Source: an uncultured delta proteobacterium (GTDB lineage Bacteria; Desulfobacterota; Desulfuromonadia; Geobacterales; Geobacteraceae). From it: a stretch of 64,000 nt of DNA. Positions 38,607-47,898 of this stretch are shown in pieces. The translations under genes and the position numbers were made by a program. Under the pieces are notes generated by a model. It was not told where the DNA came from, ran no database searches, and worked only from the letters and a program-made list of their open reading frames with translations. Every line of letters starts with the position of its first letter. Positions within the stretch are counted from its first letter, which is position 1. The stretch lies in the NCBI GenBank assembly GCA_963746935.1, contig CAVVDU010000038.1, forward strand, positions 5,267-69,266, read 5' to 3'.

Positions 38607-39492
38607 TACACCATTTAGATCCGGGTTCGTTGCCATCATCGGGCGACCCAATGTCGGGAAATCGACACTTTTGAACCAGATTCTCGGCGAGAAGATCGTG
38701 ATCACCTCGGACAAACCCCAGACGACCCGCAATCGGGTCCAGGGGATCCACAACCTTCCCGGCGCGCAGATCGTTTTCATCGATACGCCTGGGATTCACA
38801 ACGCACGGTCGCGTCTTAATCAATTCATGATGGAAGCGGCGCTTTCCTCCGTAAAAGGGGTCGATGTGGTTCTTCTTCTCGTGGATGCCAGCACTTTTTC
38901 CACGAGCCCTGACGAACTGCTCCTTGAAGTTCTCAAAGGGATAAATGTACCGGTGATACTTGCGTTGAACAAGATAGACCTGCTTCCAAAAGAAAAACTT
39001 CTGAAAGTGATGGCTGCCCATGCGCAGCTGCATCCTTTTCGCGAAATTGTTCCTGTCTCAGCGGCAACGGGAGATGGTGTGGAGTTGCTGGTGAAGCTTC
39101 TTTCCGGGTTGTTGCCGGAAGGCGTTCCGTACTTTCCCGACGACATCCTCACCGACCTGCCGGAGCGTTTTATCGTGGCGGAGATGATTCGTGAGAAGGT
39201 TTTCCGTCTGACGCACGACGAGATTCCCTATTCGACGGCGGTATCCATAGAAAGTTTCAAGGAGCGTGCCGACGGGCTGGTTTCCATATCCGCCGTCATC
39301 ACCGTGGAGCGTGATTCCCAGAAAGGGATCATTATCGGCAAGAAGGGTGAAATGCTGAAAAAGATCGGCAGGCAGGCACGCCAGGAGATAGAGCAACTCC
39401 TCGATGCACGTGTCTTCCTGGAGCTGTTTGTGAAGGTGAGCAAGGACTGGCGGGAGAATAGCCGGATGATGAAGGAGTTGGGGTACGAGTGA
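38599..39492 (+). CDS. era: GTPase Era
   Basis: G1 is [11 protein letters not shown]3 is DTPG, G4 is NKID, and there is a C-terminal KH domain ([15 protein letters not shown]). Confidence 0.95.
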   Translation: MPDTPFRSGFVAIIGRPNVGKSTLLNQILGEKIVITSDKPQTTRNRVQGIHNLPGAQIVFIDTPGIHNARSRLNQFMMEAALSSVKGVDVVLLLVDASTFSTSPDELLLEVLKGINVPVILALNKIDLLPKEKLLKVMAAHAQLHPFREIVPVSAATGDGVELLVKLLSGLLPEGVPYFPDDILTDLPERFIVAEMIREKVFRLTHDEIPYSTAVSIESFKERADGLVSISAVITVERDSQKGIIIGKKGEMLKKIGRQARQEIEQLLDARVFLELFVKVSKDWRENSRMMKELGYE

Positions 39493-39544
39493 AGGTCTAT
39501 TATTTCGCGAGCAGAAGAAAGTAAAAAACTTATTTCAGTCATTG

Positions 39545-39609
39545 GGGACATCCTTCAAGTAACGGGAAACCTTCGTTTTTCCCTTGAAATTACTTATCAT
39601 GGATGTCCC
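39545..39609 (+). terminator. long three-tier hairpin downstream of era (candidate terminator or structured RNA)
   Basis: There are three nested pairings. They are gggacatcc/ggatgtccc (39545-53 / 39601-09), aagtaa/ttactt (39557-62 / 39590-95) and gggaaa/tttccc (39564-69 / 39578-83). The structure is followed by taattctttta. Confidence 0.4.
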
Positions 39610-39810
39610 TAATTCTTTTAATCTATCGCAGTTTGATTGCATTCCTCGGTTTAATAGTACTCCGCCAATAGTGCCCTTAACTCCGCACTGCTTGTGCTAG
39701 TTGCAGCTTGGAACATATGGACGCTTCTTCGCTATTTACCAAGAAAAAACGGGGAAGTGGCCCTATTTCCCAAGAATAAATAGCTCTGCCACAATTCAAG
39801 CCGCCCATAG

Positions 39811-39849
39811 ATTCGACCCCCCCTGCCTTTACGGGGAGGGGGGTCGAAT
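39811..39849. repeat. GC-rich inverted repeat in AT-rich spacer downstream of the WG-repeat gene
   Basis: attcgacccccc (39811-39822) pairs with ggggggtcgaat (39838-39849): 12-bp perfect arms and a 15-nt loop. There is no clear U-tract on either strand. Confidence 0.4.
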
Positions 39850-39914
39850 TTGAATCATTAAAATTATAACAATGTACTTCAACGCATTGAAAATTTGAGA
39901 ATCTATTTCCTGTA

Positions 39915-41621
39915 TCAGGTCAGGCGCAACGCAATTGTGAAGGAATTTCTTGAAGTGTTTACTACTGCGGCTACCGGTCGACCTTGGTCATCAACATACT
40001 TCACTGATGTTGAATTTGAGCCATAATCAGAGTCAGTTTTATAACCTAAATTCTCAATTTTAGCTTTTAATGATTTGAAAATATCTGCATCTTTATTCAG
40101 AGCTTTGCTGCTTGTGAACTGGATTCTATAGATAACGGTAGATACCTTAGTCTCGTAGTTGGGGTGATAGTTGGGACTTGCCCCATAAGAGAAGGTGTTC
40201 ACTTGTTCAACCGGCACTGATACTGAATCCTCGAAGTTGAATTCTGGGATCACCGATGCATATTTATCCATATTTTTAAGCTGTGAGCCGGTTAGTGAGG
40301 TGCCATAGTTCGGAAGGGCGCTTTCCTGAATGTCGAAGGTCTTCATAATTGTTGCCAGAGTGGTATTTTTTGATATGCCGTTAATCTGGCTTTTGGAAAC
40401 ATTCTGAATAATCATATTCGCCATCATGTCTGAATCGAAGAAATCACTCGACACATATGATGTTTGAGTGTGATTGTAAACAGGAACTATTTCTTGAAAA
40501 TTGCAGGCAGCAAAATCCATTTTTCCTACTTGTTCGCCTTTCTTATCAATTATGATGAATTTGTTACCATCTTTAACTATCGTGTTTTTGCCATAAAATG
40601 GCATCCCTCTTTCATAATCGGGCCTTATGACTTCTTCATTGTCGTAGCTGAGATATCCTGTTTTTCCTCTGTCAACAACTAATATCATCCCATTATCAGG
40701 AGTTGCATAATCATATTTTGCCCTGACCACTACCTCTCCTTTTTTATCAATAACACCCCACCTGTCTCCGTCATAGAAAGACGCAAGACCATTTTTGAAG
40801 TAATTTATGGCTCTGAAGTCTTTGGACGGCTTGATAATTTTGTCACCTTTAATATCCATCACTCCATACGTATCTCTACCATTATCCGAGTAGATTATCA
40901 TACCTTCCGAAACTATTGGTTTTGCCTCGGTTCCTCTGGGAAGCTTGATAACATCTTTGCCTGATTTATTGATGAAAGAAACAGTATTGTCCGGTTCTGC
41001 CTTTATTACTACCATGGCAAGGCCTTCGTTAAATTCTCCGGCTGAGTCGTACTTTGCCTTGATCACAACCTTGCCGTCCTTATTGACAAATCCCCATTTA
41101 CCATCCTCGTCCTGAAAGGCCGCAACCCCCTGCTTAAACGCTCCAACCTTCTCGACTTGTTTCCCGTCCAATTCTTTGAGCTTCAACACTTCTTTCCCAT
41201 CAGTATTAATTACAGTGATATATTCTTTGTCCCTGGCAACTACCGCCAGACCATCGCTGAAGTCCGTGGCATAGCGATACTCATCACCAATATGAACAGG
41301 TTTCTCGCCAACTTTAAAGAATTCGGCTAAATTATTTTTGTTCCTTACTTTTATTATTCCATCAGATTCGATAGATGGAACATTCTCCCATTCATTTTCA
41401 ATGACAATTTTGCCTGTTGATAACTCGAGGATGCCCCATCGATCCTCATTATCCGCCTTAAAAGCCACATACTTCAAAGGGGCCAACGAATTTGAGTTGA
41501 ACAGACCCGAAATATTGTCCTTAAAAATGAACCCGACCACCCCTGCGGACACAACCAAAACGACTGCCAATGCAACAATAATCTGCCTGTTTTTCAATAG
41601 ACTACTAAGACGACTCATCAT
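39915..41621 (-). CDS. membrane-anchored WG-repeat (KWG-type) protein with unassigned ~190-aa C-terminal domain
   Basis: Repeated units include DRWGILELSTGKIV, DGKWGFVNKDGKVVIKAKYD, GDRWGVIDKKGEVVVRAKYD and FIIIDKKGEQV. There is an N-terminal signal-anchor (IIVALAVVLVVSAGVVGFIF). The start is at ATG 41621, with gggggag 5 nt upstream. Confidence 0.8.
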   Translation of the reverse strand: MMSRLSSLLKNRQIIVALAVVLVVSAGVVGFIFKDNISGLFNSNSLAPLKYVAFKADNEDRWGILELSTGKIVIENEWENVPSIESDGIIKVRNKNNLAEFFKVGEKPVHIGDEYRYATDFSDGLAVVARDKEYITVINTDGKEVLKLKELDGKQVEKVGAFKQGVAAFQDEDGKWGFVNKDGKVVIKAKYDSAGEFNEGLAMVVIKAEPDNTVSFINKSGKDVIKLPRGTEAKPIVSEGMIIYSDNGRDTYGVMDIKGDKIIKPSKDFRAINYFKNGLASFYDGDRWGVIDKKGEVVVRAKYDYATPDNGMILVVDRGKTGYLSYDNEEVIRPDYERGMPFYGKNTIVKDGNKFIIIDKKGEQVGKMDFAACNFQEIVPVYNHTQTSYVSSDFFDSDMMANMIIQNVSKSQINGISKNTTLATIMKTFDIQESALPNYGTSLTGSQLKNMDKYASVIPEFNFEDSVSVPVEQVNTFSYGASPNYHPNYETKVSTVIYRIQFTSSKALNKDADIFKSLKAKIENLGYKTDSDYGSNSTSVKYVDDQGRPVAAVVNTSRNSFTIALRLT

Positions 41622-41643
41622 CAATACTCCCCCTGTTATATTT

Positions 41644-41659
41644 CCCCGCCATGGCGGGG
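41644..41659. promoter_or_regulatory. perfect 16-bp GC-rich palindrome just upstream of the WG-repeat gene SD
   Basis: ccccgccatggcgggg shares the 10-bp core cgccatggcg with a second palindrome, gcgccatggcgc, at 45594-45605 upstream of the STAND gene. Confidence 0.3.
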
Positions 41660-42148
41660 GTTGATGGAACACATCCCCGGACAGTCTTTAATCCGATGAT
41701 GTTCAATTGGTACCGCATGCGGCGATGTTTATAAAGTATCAGCGGAGATAGTCATTTTGAATATGGTGTCAGGGACGATTAATTGCCGCTGATGAATCGC
41801 CTCCAGTTTTCTAGACAATCCCGATGAATATAAAATGATTCCAAGAGGATTACATGAGTGCCAAGCGTTACCAGAAAGAATTAAAGTAAAAAACAGTCAA
41901 GCAAATTCCCGAACTAGGTAATTTAGCTCCCCGGATCCATTGTGCGAGAAAACTCATCTTACATGTCTATCGTTTAGGTGCTTCCTAAATTATCTTTCTG
42001 CTATTTTAAAATACAGATTCATTCTGAGATTTATCTATCATTTGGCTCCATGAGATAAAATATGTGTGTATACGATATTTTGTTGACCTATAACAATTGG
42101 CGGCAAGGTAAATGATCAAAAGCGTGAGATGGGTAAAAAACAATTGGT

Positions 42149-45100
42149 TCAATAGGTGGGGCTGGGGAGGGCGTCCAGAATTTCTTTTATATCTTCTTGT
42201 GAATAGTCAGATTTTTCCAGAGTAGCCTTGTATTCTCTCAGAACGAGTAAGGCCTGAGCAGGTCGGTCGTTTTTAATGTGAAGTTGATAAATGCACCGGA
42301 CGAGTTCGTCGTTACCGGGGTCGTACTGTAGGGCCGAGGCGAGCACCTTATTCGCTTCGTCGGGTTTGCCTGTCTGCGAAAGAATCTTCGCCCATTGGCA
42401 GGAAGACTCAATAAATAACCGTTCCAACATGTCGCGATAGTGTTGAACCGCTTCGGAACTGGGGCCGTTGGGCAGGAAGGGGCCTTTCCAGAATTCGTGA
42501 GCCGAATAGAAGTCGTTGCCTGCCTGCCAGAATGCTTTGCTTCGGACATGCTTCAGCCCCATGCACGCTTCCTTGAAGAACTCGGAAGCATCGATACGGC
42601 AGTTTTTCAGATAGATGATCCCTTTTTGCAACGACAGATAATCTTTTAATGCATGAGGTTTTACGGTTTTTCCCAGTGTGTTGCGCAGGCGCATCAGCAG
42701 GTTGTCAAAATTGGCCCGAGCCTTTTCGGGTGGGCTGTCAGGCCAGAGAACCGTCTGGAGCTTTTCTTGGCAGACCTTGCAGTCCGGAGAGGAGATCAGA
42801 ATGGCGAGTATTTCCCGTTGGTTTTTGGTCAGATCTTCTGACTTGAGTGCCACTCTGCCATCAATGGATATAGAGAGACCGCCGAGGGTGGTGATCTCCA
42901 GCAAGGGGATCGTTATTCCGCCGGACAGGATCGCAAGTCCCAACCGTTTGATGGCCAAGTGGCTGGCATATTCGACTTCGATACCATATTTGACCGCAGC
43001 TTCCAAAACAGGGCGCATCAGAGTGGGGGTCCAGCTGAAAAAATGGTGGTACTGATTTAGCTTCATAAGCCGCAGGCAGGATTTAATATCGTCACGCGCC
43101 GCATTCAGGTTATCTGAATGCAAATTCAGCGTTGCGAGGTGGGCGTGAATGCCGGCACGCAGGTACTCTTCACCCATCTCAATGGAACCTTCGAGCGCAT
43201 TTTTGAGATGATGTCTCGCCTTGTCGGCTAGGCCGAGCTGGGTATAGGTGCCTCCAATGATCATCTCGTTCAGGATGACAAAAATCTTTCCACCTGCCAC
43301 CGCTCTTAGGTGCAAAGATTCATCTGCCGCGGCAAGCGCATCATCCCTTTGTCCATCGATCGCTGAAAGGTAGGCCCGATAATGAAGGAACTGACTGCGC
43401 ATGTGCGGGGTGTCGGCAGAAAAGCCGAAGGCAAGCCCCTGCCGAACAACTTCCATTGCTTCCCTTAAACTCCCACGTCCTGCGAGACCATCGATGCTGA
43501 AAAGGATGTTGACGGGCTCCATGGCATTTCTGCCAATTATGTTTTTTTCAAATACCTGTCGAACCCATGTCACATGTGTGGATAAACCGTCAAAATCCCC
43601 GCTGACTGCGAAAAAATTAACAGGCAGTTGCATCAAATATTGCCGTGTCATGGTGGTGAGGTGCGGACTCTCTCCAAGGGCAAAAGCGCTCTCGATTTCC
43701 ACCCGGCAATTGTTCCATTTGCCGATAAAACAGCTCTCCATGCCACGGACAAAATGTGCCATGAGTTTAAAATTATCCAGATCATGTTCTTCAGCCAATC
43801 GAAGTGCGATAGCAGAATATCGATCGGCCTGGGGTATGTCTCCTGCAAAGAAGCAATATCCCATTGAAATGCTCAAAGCGACCTGAATCTGAACGAGACT
43901 TTGAAGTTTGCTATGAATTTGGTCAAAAAGTTCTACTGCCCGTCTTAGTAGTGGTGGTCCAAGATTAAACAGACAGTCGCCATAAACATGAAAATCGATC
44001 ATTTTGGTGATTGCAAGGAGTTCACCAATATCGTTTTGATTTTGTGCGAAAAGGATCCGGGCATTCTTGAAGTAGTGCAAGGATTCCAAGGGGTTTTTCC
44101 CCATGGAGATTAATCCGGTAAATAAGAGCATCCAAGGTTTTTGACGCCTGTCCTTTTCGGGTATCTTGGATAAAATGGACTCTAAAGTGACGACTCTGTT
44201 ACTGGCATAAAGGTTCAGTCCATCCCTTTCCAGAACCTTTTCTACGGCATCGATATCATTTGCCTTTAAGAAATGGTGGAGCGCCTTTTCCGAAAGACCC
44301 TGCTCTAGGTAATATGTTGCGGCCTGTCCATGGATATGGATTATTTCATCCTGAAGTAGCTCGTTACTGGAGTGTTCCTGCAAAAAATCTTGGAAAAGAT
44401 AATGAAAGCGAAAAAACTGGCCATTATTATCCAGGCTTCGCACGAAAAAATTCTTGCGGTTTAATTCTCTCAGCTTGAGATCAATATCAGGCACTTCTGA
44501 AATCAGTTTCGCTAGAACCGTTGGTATCTTGTCAAGCCAGGAAAGTTTCAGCAGGGTTCTTTGCATCTCCTTGGGGATTCGAGTAAATGTTTCCGAATGA
44601 AAATAGTCGAGCAGATGGTCTTTTTGTAATTCTGCACCGGAAGAAATCTGGCCAGACTTCTCCATGGTAGCTGCCAGGATCAATCCCATAACCCAGCCTT
44701 CGGTGTCCCGGTGGAGTTTTCGCACCGTTTCTTCAGTCACGGGAACTTGTAAAATTTCGTTGTACAGTTCGGCTATTTCAGATTTGTTGAGGGCCAATTC
44801 CTTGTTGTCTACCAATGCAGTCTGGCGTTCGAATCTCAAGGTAGAGATATCGAGTCCAATCGGTCTTCGTGAGGCCAGGACGAAGCGAAGTCGCTGAGGA
44901 GCCGTTCTCATGAGGTATCCAAGAAGCGATATGCTAATCTCTGCACCTTCCAAAAGATGCAGGTCGTCAAAGACAATGTAAAAATTTTTCTTCAGGGACT
45001 TGTCGAGATTGCCCAGTAATAGATTGACAAAGCGGGGATATTCCAGAGGGGAGACTTCCCCTTTATTAATCATCTGTGTCAAGAGGGGGGATTGGAAGCC

Positions 45101-45403
45101 TGGCAATGCGCGCATGAGGCAGGAGAGCAAAGAGGTCAGGAATAGAACCGGATCGCCATCTTCGGGGCCGATCTGGTACCAGGCAAAGGATGTGTTATGT
45201 CGTTTCAGGTACTGGGCTGCCAGGATAGTTTTCCCTTGGCCGGCCTGGGCTTCAATTAATAGGATCTTCCTGTTGCGGGCATTGCTGTGAAGTAGTTTCT
45301 GAAGTAGACGTTTGCGAGGGAGATAATGGGTTGAATCGAGAGCGGGTGGGTAGAATTTGTTTGCGGGTATTCTGGTCATGATATCATTTAATGGATGAAC
45401 CAT
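42149..45403 (-). CDS. STAND-type P-loop NTPase (MalT/AfsR-like) with TPR-like sensor region and C-terminal OmpR-type winged helix plus BTAD domain
   Basis: Walker A is IEAQAGQGKT and Walker B is YIVFDDLHLL, followed by TEGWVMGL. About 550 aa of helical repeats follow. The C-terminus reads LEITTLGGLSISIDG...NQREILAILI...LWPD...NLLMRLRNTL (wHTH), then ALQYDPGNDELVRCIYQLHIKNDRPAQALLVLREYKATL (BTAD-like). The SD gagaggga is 3-4 nt before ATG 45403. Confidence 0.8.
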   Translation of the reverse strand: MVHPLNDIMTRIPANKFYPPALDSTHYLPRKRLLQKLLHSNARNRKILLIEAQAGQGKTILAAQYLKRHNTSFAWYQIGPEDGDPVLFLTSLLSCLMRALPGFQSPLLTQMINKGEVSPLEYPRFVNLLLGNLDKSLKKNFYIVFDDLHLLEGAEISISLLGYLMRTAPQRLRFVLASRRPIGLDISTLRFERQTALVDNKELALNKSEIAELYNEILQVPVTEETVRKLHRDTEGWVMGLILAATMEKSGQISSGAELQKDHLLDYFHSETFTRIPKEMQRTLLKLSWLDKIPTVLAKLISEVPDIDLKLRELNRKNFFVRSLDNNGQFFRFHYLFQDFLQEHSSNELLQDEIIHIHGQAATYYLEQGLSEKALHHFLKANDIDAVEKVLERDGLNLYASNRVVTLESILSKIPEKDRRQKPWMLLFTGLISMGKNPLESLHYFKNARILFAQNQNDIGELLAITKMIDFHVYGDCLFNLGPPLLRRAVELFDQIHSKLQSLVQIQVALSISMGYCFFAGDIPQADRYSAIALRLAEEHDLDNFKLMAHFVRGMESCFIGKWNNCRVEIESAFALGESPHLTTMTRQYLMQLPVNFFAVSGDFDGLSTHVTWVRQVFEKNIIGRNAMEPVNILFSIDGLAGRGSLREAMEVVRQGLAFGFSADTPHMRSQFLHYRAYLSAIDGQRDDALAAADESLHLRAVAGGKIFVILNEMIIGGTYTQLGLADKARHHLKNALEGSIEMGEEYLRAGIHAHLATLNLHSDNLNAARDDIKSCLRLMKLNQYHHFFSWTPTLMRPVLEAAVKYGIEVEYASHLAIKRLGLAILSGGITIPLLEITTLGGLSISIDGRVALKSEDLTKNQREILAILISSPDCKVCQEKLQTVLWPDSPPEKARANFDNLLMRLRNTLGKTVKPHALKDYLSLQKGIIYLKNCRIDASEFFKEACMGLKHVRSKAFWQAGNDFYSAHEFWKGPFLPNGPSSEAVQHYRDMLERLFIESSCQWAKILSQTGKPDEANKVLASALQYDPGNDELVRCIYQLHIKNDRPAQALLVLREYKATLEKSDYSQEDIKEILDALPSPTY

Positions 45404-45673
45404 GTTTCCCTCTCTTACCGCTTTAGAAAGTTACTCAAATCAGAAGAGGCAGTTTTCCGCAGCGTGGTAATGAGCAACAAATTGCTTTCATTGGAGACAC
45501 TTGCCGCATTCGATAATTTGCACCAAACTCTCACCTTGGAGAGGTTGAAACATTCAATATCTTCTCCATAAGGGGGAGGGTGACCATGTTTGCGCGCCAT
45601 GGCGCTTCTGTGGAAATGAGCGAATAGTGGAAGTTTTTGGACTAAACCGCGTAGTGGTTTTGTTTGTGGCCAA

Positions 45674-45697
45674 ACTAATTTATCGTGATAAATTAGT
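45674..45697. promoter_or_regulatory. 24-bp AT-rich palindrome (candidate operator) upstream of the STAND gene
   Basis: actaatttatc-gt-gataaattagt has 11-bp perfect arms with a 2-bp spacer. It lies ~270 nt upstream of ATG 45403. Confidence 0.35.
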
Positions 45698-46348
45698 CAA
45701 GTTTATATTGGCCAGGTGTACAGCTTCCTCTTGTGGCAAATGATACCCATATTTCCCCTTTCCTATGTTGACAACAGAAGAACCCGTAAAAGATAATGAG
45801 CCTGGCCTGCCTGTTATGAGCCGGTCAGGGCGAAGGCTGGTATTGCTATTTTGTAGGCAAATTAATAGACAGGGGCTGACTAGTCACATTTGGTCGCTCA
45901 ATCGTTGTCCGTAATTGTTGGGCAAAATCGTTCCTACTGCTGACCCCTCGTACGGATTGACGCAATGTCATCATATAAATCAGTTCTGAGTTTATCTTTC
46001 TTTTTTTCCTGAATGAGCATTTGCCGAATGTATAGACCGAATTTATTGCCCTTACGCAATTGGTGGTTAGGAAGGTTATTGGAAGAAATTGGTAACTGAT
46101 CTCCTGAAATTGTATCGGAGGTACCTGACGAGTGTTGCGATTTTATTAATTCTTCAATGGAATTCATTTGTTCAGGCATAAGCCGAAATATTTGTCGGAG
46201 CAAATGCCACAACAGCTAAGAAGGTTGCCTATTTACCTCTCGAAATGGTATAGAAAGTGTTACACAAATTATCAATTTAAAAAAATACAAAGTCTTAATT
46301 TCAATAATACAAGCATGTTATGTTGAGAAGTAAGCAATGGGGATACGA

Positions 46349-47662
46349 ATGAGACCGATAGTAGCAATTGTAGGACGTCCCAATGTGGGGAAATCGACCC
46401 TTTTCAACCGGCTGGTGGGGAGGCGGAAGGCGATCGTTGACGATATGCCGGGTGTTACCCGTGACCGCAATTATGCCCAGGTGGATCGCTTTGATGTTCC
46501 GTTCACCCTGATAGATACCGGTGGTTTCGAACCGGTGAGCGATGACCGCATGCTTCAACAGATGCGGGAGCAGTCGCAATTGGCCATGGAAGAGGCAGAT
46601 GTCATCCTGTTCATCATGGACGCGCGGCAGGGACTTATCGCGGCGGACCGGGAAGTGGCGGAAATGCTGCGCAAGGTCGACAAGCCGGTTTTTTTCGTTC
46701 TCAATAAGGTGGAGAGTGAAAAACAGGAGGCCGAACTGGGAGACTTTTATGCTCTCGGCGTGGATAACCTGTATCCTGTTTCGGCGGAACACAATCGTGG
46801 TGTCGATGACATGATGGATGAGGTGTTAGCCACTTTCCCTCGGACGGAAGACGCAGGAGAGGATGAGGATATAACCCGTATCGCGGTGGTTGGCCGCCCC
46901 AATGTCGGGAAGTCGTCTCTGGTGAATCGTCTTCTCGGCTATGAGAGGGTTGTTGCCAACCCGGTCCCGGGGACTACCCGTGATTCCGTGGATTCCTATT
47001 TTACCTGCAACAAGAAGCGTTTCCAGCTTATCGATACGGCCGGGATCCGACGCAAGGGCAGAATCAGCCTGAAGGTGGAGAAATACAGCGCGGTGGATGC
47101 TCTACGCAGTCTGGATCGGGCCGATGTTGCTCTTATCGTCATCGATGCGGAAGAAGGCATCACCGATCAGGATATACGGATCGCCGGCTATGCCTGCGAG
47201 GCCGGTCGAGCCTGTATCCTGGTGGTGAACAAATGGGACCTGGTGAAAAAAGACAATTCCTCCACCGGAAAGTTCACCGAAAATCTCCGTATTGAGCTTA
47301 AGTATCTCTCCTATGCCCCGATAGTGTTTGTCTCGGCACTGAGCGGTCAGCGAACGGGCAAGATCATTCAAATGGTGAATGAAGTGATGGATGACTACAC
47401 AAAAAGAATTACTACCTCGGATCTGAACAGGATTTTCAAAGAGGCGATTACCTCTCATCACCATCCTCTCCATCAGGGCCGGCGAGTAAAGTTCTATTAC
47501 ACCACCCAGGTGGGGACAAAACCCCCGAAATTTGCCGTTTTTACCAATTGCCCCGAAGGAATCCAGGAATCCTACGAGCGATATCTTGCCAACCGCTTTC
47601 GGGAGGCTTTCGGATTTTCCGGAACGCCGATCCGTTTTCTCTTCAGGGGAAGGGAGCGCTGA
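46349..47662 (+). CDS. der: ribosome-associated tandem GTPase Der (EngA)
   Basis: It has two G domains ([12 protein letters not shown]...DTGG...NKVE; [12 protein letters not shown]...DTAG...NKWD) plus a KH-like C-terminus. The start is at ATG 46349 (MRPIVAIVG). Confidence 0.95.
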   Translation: MRPIVAIVGRPNVGKSTLFNRLVGRRKAIVDDMPGVTRDRNYAQVDRFDVPFTLIDTGGFEPVSDDRMLQQMREQSQLAMEEADVILFIMDARQGLIAADREVAEMLRKVDKPVFFVLNKVESEKQEAELGDFYALGVDNLYPVSAEHNRGVDDMMDEVLATFPRTEDAGEDEDITRIAVVGRPNVGKSSLVNRLLGYERVVANPVPGTTRDSVDSYFTCNKKRFQLIDTAGIRRKGRISLKVEKYSAVDALRSLDRADVALIVIDAEEGITDQDIRIAGYACEAGRACILVVNKWDLVKKDNSSTGKFTENLRIELKYLSYAPIVFVSALSGQRTGKIIQMVNEVMDDYTKRITTSDLNRIFKEAITSHHHPLHQGRRVKFYYTTQVGTKPPKFAVFTNCPEGIQESYERYLANRFREAFGFSGTPIRFLFRGRER

Positions 47663-47898
47663 ATAGGGAGTAAAACTCTTTACTTGCAAAGGCGTATAGT
47701 TTATGCTTGCTCTGCCTTTTTCGGGCCCTGAAGGGCCGGCAGAGATCGGTTTTTATCGCGACTATTTATTGCTTTTCCCGAGGTTTTTGTGCGGATATTC
47801 ATGGAATATGGTTCCGAAGGAAACATCTCTGCTGTCAGGGGGGCAGGTCATCATTGTTGCCGCTTGTTGCAGAAGCCGAATAGCGGAGCCCTGTCACT

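Noticed and set aside
39741-39749. The 9-mer ctatttacc is present near both borders of the era-der island (also ~46231-46239), as a possible att-like direct repeat.
   Set aside because: A 9-nt match between two AT-rich spacers of ~400 and ~900 nt is expected by chance about once. There is no flanking extension of the match.
45415-45600. A 61-aa ORF ending 9 nt before the STAND gene start (possible leader peptide/uORF).
   Set aside because: Its ATG is the centre of the gcgccATGgcgc palindrome and has no SD. The peptide has no features. The coupling-like spacing may be coincidental.
45934-46212. A 92-aa minus-strand ORF in the der-proximal spacer of the island.
   Set aside because: There is no SD before any of its ATGs and no recognisable motif, and the composition is like the surrounding non-coding DNA. 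I cannot support it as a gene. It is kept only as part of the gene-poor-spacer finding.
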